Assembly (NCBI RefSeq): GCF_001186125.1
Contig: NW_014040035.1
Coordinates: forward strand, 5,456-54,732
Origin: Sphaeroforma arctica JP610
Taxonomy: Eukaryota
Reading direction: 5' to 3'
DNA: 49,277 nt
The translations under genes were made by a program, and so were the position numbers. Every line of letters begins with the position of its first letter. Positions within the stretch are counted from its first letter, which is position 1. A model generated the notes under the pieces. That model was not told the DNA's origin, did not search any database, and saw only the letters and a program-made list of their open reading frames with translations. Below are positions 43,674-49,277 of this stretch, one piece after another.

Positions 43674-44691
43674 AGATCATACTAAAATGTAAGATTTAAG
43701 AACAGTCGTTCGCTTCCCATAGGTATTCTGTTACATTATTAGATTATCATTTGAACGTGTCCAATCAAACTAAGCTAAAAGACGGAGCGGCGAAGTCTCA
43801 ACCAAGCAAAGTGTCCACTAACACTGATCATACTAGGCCAACCAACTGTTAGAATTCGCTTGTTTGTTCTTAATCAGCAGATCTCCGAATCTACATCCCA
43901 AATGAATTCACGAAGTCCTATTCGTAAGTTATACTTTGCAGTATTGCGTGCACATTACTGTGTAAACACACGGCAATCTCTAATAGATCGTCAGACAGCG
44001 CTGATCGCTCCACACCGGTTGGCAGCTGCTCATGTGACGTAATTATACTTCAACTACTGGAAGTTGTTACCGAGAGTAGTGCAGAACGCTGCACCACACA
44101 CCGGTGGTATATATCGCTACAACATCCCGTACATGCAGGTATACATTTTGAGTACTCAACTTTATATTTATACATATGCTTTTAAAATACGCAGGTGTAC
44201 ATACACTGTACTGAGTCACGAGTATGTAAAAATAAAAACATGAGTCGCGACTGATGAGGCGGAGGCCCGCGGGAGCCCTGAGCATTAACTGGTTTAAAAT
44301 GCCGGGTGGCCCAGTTGTGTATACATAAATTATAATGTTTTTGGCGCGGAATAAATACTAATACCAGCACTGAGCGTCTGAGAGACTGAGGCTCTGGCCT
44401 CTGAGCCTCTGAGCACGGCGTTCTATTCAAGTGATAGTGACAAGTGACAAGTGACAATTGACAAGTGACACCCCTCGGGCCCTCTCTTAAAGTCGTAGTA
44501 GAGGGAGAACTTTTGTCTTTGACTCGTCTGAGACGAGTCTGTCCCCACAACAGTTTATGTGGATCACAGCGAAGCGATGGATACCGATTGCGATTCAATT
44601 CAGAAGCCTTCATCTGAGATGCGTAGTGTATCCAAAAAGCACAAGCACATTACCAATAAATTCTGAAGAAAGATAGCTCTGTAGCGCAAGT

Positions 44692-47657
44692 ATGGCATCA
44701 GGCACAAGATCCAAGAAATTGAATCATTTCGTCATAGAAAAGAGCAACGTACTTCTCCTGGGCATGGGATTTGTCTCTGAACAGATTTGCAACGAACAAA
44801 CCGGCACTACAAATCCTTATGTCAGAGATACGAGGAGAGCGAGGGCGATAGAAGATATAGGTGAGTGTATGCACACACATACATATAAATACATGCTTGC
44901 ACACACATACCAGCTTACACGTGCATACACGTGTACACACACGCGCAAACACACATGTGCACACACGCACACACATGTGCGTCTCTGAATATGTAGTTAT
45001 TTAGTTATGTATGCAGGCATGTTCACTACACACCAATTTACATATATTACACGGAAAATGAGATATTTATGGTGTTTTGTCTTTCTATGTCTATCTCCCA
45101 AATACGCTGGATATATGTATACAGCCGCGCTTACCATAATGGGAAAGCCTTTAACAGTCATTGTTGTGTCTGTAGTTTATTTGGTGCTTATATACGGTAC
45201 GCCCATATAACGAATGCGAGCCCACCTGAGACAAGAACATTCGCTGCATGCAATGAATAAGATATACTATTCTTTGCATATTGGCAAGCATCCGACTGTA
45301 AAACACAAAGAAAGGGCCTACATTTTAATTCTTTACAGGCTCTGTGAGCGTCTTTTGCAAGTACTTAAGTGTTGTGCCATGATTATACACGTACATACAC
45401 AGGGTAGTATCGAAGAACCTAGAATCCTACCCAAACATCATACTCTTATACCTCCTTAATGATACACGACGACCTATTTCCTTCCCATACTTATTCTAGT
45501 TCTACAGGCTATCACGTACACACCATACACCTGCAGGTATATCAGAAGATATCATATCTGTAGATATAACACCACGACTAAGCTTGCTCACATACAACGT
45601 TATGCATCTATCCTGGTACTACAGGGTATCACGTGTACACAATAAACATACTTAGTAGATATAACACTATGACTAACCTCGTTCACATTCAACGTCATGT
45701 ATATGTCCTGGCTCTACAGACTATCACGTGCACACAATAAACAAACAGAGTAGATGTAATACCATGACTAACCTCGTTGACATACAAACGTCATGTATCT
45801 ATTCTGGCTCTACAGGTTATCACGTGCATACAATAAATATGCAGCTGGAACAGAAGGATAGTGCTGGCTTCCCAGACCATCCCAGGCACATCCAGCTCAC
45901 TTGGTCGAGGGGGGCGCGTGCAGTGAAGCAAAACTTGGCGCAGTTTCCTGAGGGTGAGAAATTCAAGTACATTCTGTTGGACTATTTTAGGTAAGTCCGA
46001 TATTTGAAGCGCGTCCCCCCAAGAACCATTGTAATTTCCATTCCAGTGGACGGGAATTCCGTATACACTCTATGAGACTAGTTTAGGTATGTGAGATACG
46101 CCCACAGCACGCACGTAACCTGATTTGTTGAAATTTCAGAAGAGTCGCGTGGAGCATCATGGTTTTAAACTTTGATAATGGACGTTGTTTTAAAATACTT
46201 CTTGGCTGGCTCTTGCACATATTGGTTCTTACTCTCATTTATTGGGTTGTCAAGTGATGCATGCCTTTTTATGTTATTGCCTCTTGGCATATATCACTAA
46301 AAACCAAGAGCTGCCCCTTTGGCAAACCATCGCCTTGAGTGCCGTTTACTGCACATCCTCGCAACCTTGCCGTACGCTATACCGTCCGTGTACTATGTGT
46401 CTACTACTGTAGATCTGTATACCAGGTTCTGTAGCATCCTTGACAGATACGTATGACCTTGGTATGGTGCAGCTGCCTTTAAAATCTCATCAACTGACCC
46501 AGGTCCACTTGGCACGACTCCCGCAGATTCCCATCAGACTACATGAGGCGCGCATACACAACAAACTTCTTCAAAAGCTTCATCCTGGAGGGTCTCCGTG
46601 ATCACGTAAGTTCATTAACTTGTAGGTCTAATCAGAAGTCAAGCACGTGTACCGTCACGAGAATGCATACGCCTGTTATAATTTCGCGCCGTGATGTAAC
46701 AACCAACTACCCGAGCTTTTAATATGTGTTGATGAGCACACTCTATCGAATGGTACCTGTTTGGGAATACGTTTGTTAAATTGTGAGTGACTGATCGCCT
46801 TCACAACACACCTGCGGCACCTCTCGGGGGTAGAAAATACGAGTGTGTGTTTACATAGCAGCTTAACACACAACCCGTGTGCGCATACGCCCATAGACAG
46901 TCAGCACTTCTAGTGCGACACCGAAAACGTTTTGTAAGGGCATACGCGAGATTGGCAATGAAGTTTAGACCAGTATAATTTTGTCCAGATCTGCGCTGGT
47001 GTTCCCGATGTATATAATAGGCGTCAGTACGGCGGCGTGTGATGAATATATACTATACCACAGACCCGACTGTATATCTTTAATTGCTTGGGATAATTTG
47101 GTGTAGATACTCTCAGCGCGTGGTTGCCAGCTACAGCTATGGATCTACATGATTGTTGTCTGTGAATGTACAGATATATTTTCATACACATCCATGCCTT
47201 GGTTGTTTATACGTAGTATTGAACTTTGTATACATAACCAAATACCCTTTTCACACACTTACACACGTGTATTAGTACGAGTGAGAGACCCACGCACACG
47301 TTTATATATGTATGCGTGTGTGCTCGATCATTCATGCAGCAATCACCCACCACTGCTGACGTCCATCTTTTTATTGAACGACAGGATTTTCTGACGGAGG
47401 ATTTCCAAGTCATCGCACCAAACAGTGAAGCCATCGTTGTTGCGTTGAATGAGAGTATGTCACATTACTATATAGAACGTATCGACGATAGCGATAATCC
47501 ACTTTGGGTTGGTACCGAAAATCTATATGTGAGTGGGTACCGAGACGAAGGCAAATACACAAATACGGATCAGCTTAGTGTGGATCTGGGCTATCTAGAT
47601 CAAAAGTATCACTTTGTTAGGATGACGCCGCTTGCAACTTCTGGTAAAAAACGATAA
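44692..47657 (+). CDS. Hypothetical protein of about 231 aa, possible Rossmann/SAM-MTase-like fold; exons 44692-44860, 45816-45990, 46527-46605, 47385-47657
   Basis: Strong GTGAGT/GTAAGT donors and CAG acceptors, phases 1-2-0 consistent, open frame of 696 nt. Motifs NVLLLGM, RDTRRARAIEDIGYHVHTIN, FKYILLDYFRFPSDY. Confidence 0.75.
45495..45845 (+). repeat. Four tandem copies (95-117 bp spacing) of the intron 1 acceptor plus exon 2 start
   Basis: tacag-(g/a)(c/g/t)tatcacgt with AG ending at 45507, 45624, 45719 and 45815. Confidence 0.88.
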
Positions 47658-48966
47658 TAATAAAAATCTCAAAAAAAATCATTGTCAAAGATTTTTATAG
47701 CAATTGCTGCATGCGATTTTTGTAGCTATGGCCACGGATTGTACACGTGGCTTCTTTCCGTCTGTGTTTGTGTGTCATCTTCAAATTGAGTAGCGCTGTT
47801 GAATGTCTGCACTGTTTTTGTACTCACCAAATACAAGCAGGCATTAAGTAGGTAATCAGACTTAGAAATACTAGTTTGCATATAATACTAAAGGATAGTT
47901 GTACATACATGAACTCTCCATGTTTTCCGAACTTCTGCTTGGGATTTTTAACTACCACTCCAAAGTTTGTTTGAGGTATTTTACATAGCCTTCTGAATCA
48001 TACATATGTATTTCAAGAGCGAGTAGTTACTATTTTGGTTTACAACTCTCGATTAAGTCAAGAAAATGTAGATTAACTCATTTTTGAAGATCACCTTGAC
48101 GCCTTTGGTCTTCCAACCTAGCCTCTCTCTGCAATGCAATCGGTTATATGCCTTTAGGTTTCCTGCGTTATATGTCAGGCCAACACATGCTACTCGCAAG
48201 GGAGTTGCTAGAATTTAATGGATTCAATCGAACAGCTATAATGTATTTATTTCTAACGCGAGCTAAAACCATCGGTGGATTGAGAAACATATGACTAGAT
48301 AAGTCCATACTACACACTATTTACATAACACACCAATAGCGTACTACTTACTACATAAACAGTGATAACTCTTGGCCTTCTGGATTAGGTCTCGAGCGGA
48401 ACTCAGGTTTCTCTCTGCGACTCGAACATATTGCACAAACCTTCTACTGGTGTAGAACATAGTCTTCTGAAAAAAGGAAATGTATGTTCAATATTCAGAA
48501 GGTTATGTATAGGACCATGAGTGAGGTGGATCGATACATAGCCAACTGGCAACAAGATAATAGTCGATTACCTCGATAACAAGGCCCAACGATAGAAAAC
48601 CAAAAAGCCCGCCAATAAGTAGGGTTCCAAGTTCTCAATTTTCATTGGCGGCAGATTTTATAATGCCATAGATTCAGGCATGAAACAAATACAAACAAAT
48701 GATCGCTCTCATGAATTCATCGTGGTGTGTATTATTATTTTCGTCTTTTTGGGGTGATCACCTTCAAACCTCTGTAGCATATATAAGCTTTACAGTGAAT
48801 AAAATGAAAGCCGCAGCTATTCAAATACCTCGAGTGCCTGGGTTAAGTAAATTTTCGATAATCGTGTAGAATATAGGGCAGTGTTGATCAATAGGTTTAC
48901 AGAACACACTACATCCGGACTACCGAGATAAATTTGACCTGTGTGTCGAGATTGCAACCTGACGTC

Positions 48967-49028
48967 ATGTCGGAACTGAGTGAGTATGAGAAGAAACGCA
49001 ACAAGATTATACAGGAGAACCGGGATAT
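48967..49028 (+). CDS. Probable first exon of a gene continuing beyond the window (MSELSEYEKKRNKIIQENRD...)
   Basis: ATG, an LSEYExxR...N helical motif common in eukaryotic nuclear proteins, then a GTATGT donor. Confidence 0.45.
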
Positions 49029-49242
49029 GTATGTAGTACAGGCTATTTAGCTATGCTGAGTGGTTGTTAATCAAATGTTTATGCAAGCGGTTGTTCTGAA
49101 TTCACAGTGTCTTGTTACATACGCATGTAGTACTTTTCCTTGGTATATCTGTTTGTGCATATTTTTATATATTGTGCCGAAGTATATATTTCCACATGCG
49201 TGTTTTACGCTATTTGAAGATTATATCCCTCGAAGATATATT

Positions 49243-49277
<35 letters not shown>

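Overview
Intron-rich, (TA)n/(CA)n-microsatellite-rich eukaryotic DNA; the organism cannot be determined from sequence alone. Left: a 5-exon gamma-class carbonic anhydrase gene (+, 614-6174) with a mitochondrial-presequence-like N-terminus and an antisense tRNA-Ala(AGC) in intron 1, converging on a 7-exon tyrosine aminotransferase gene (-, 7452-12766). Middle (~15.7-40.1 kb): a nested transposon graveyard with a possible Mutator-like relic, an old Copia relic, a full-length LTR-bounded Copia (22814-29137) inserted in the RNase H of a Gypsy relic, and two Gypsy families. The main observation is that these DDE-integrase LTR retrotransposons carry a DIRS/Dam-like N6-adenine methyltransferase domain. 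In the Gypsy elements it follows RNase H (NPPW motif; before the integrase in the best-preserved copy). In the Copia element it sits inside the integrase HHCC zinc finger, between WHNRLGH and CTPC. All TE copies here carry stops or frameshifts. Right: a single-exon TM + UBZ4 zinc-finger gene, a 4-exon orphan gene with Rossmann/methyltransferase-like motifs, and the probable first exon of another gene. Several introns hold degenerate duplicates of adjacent exon edges.
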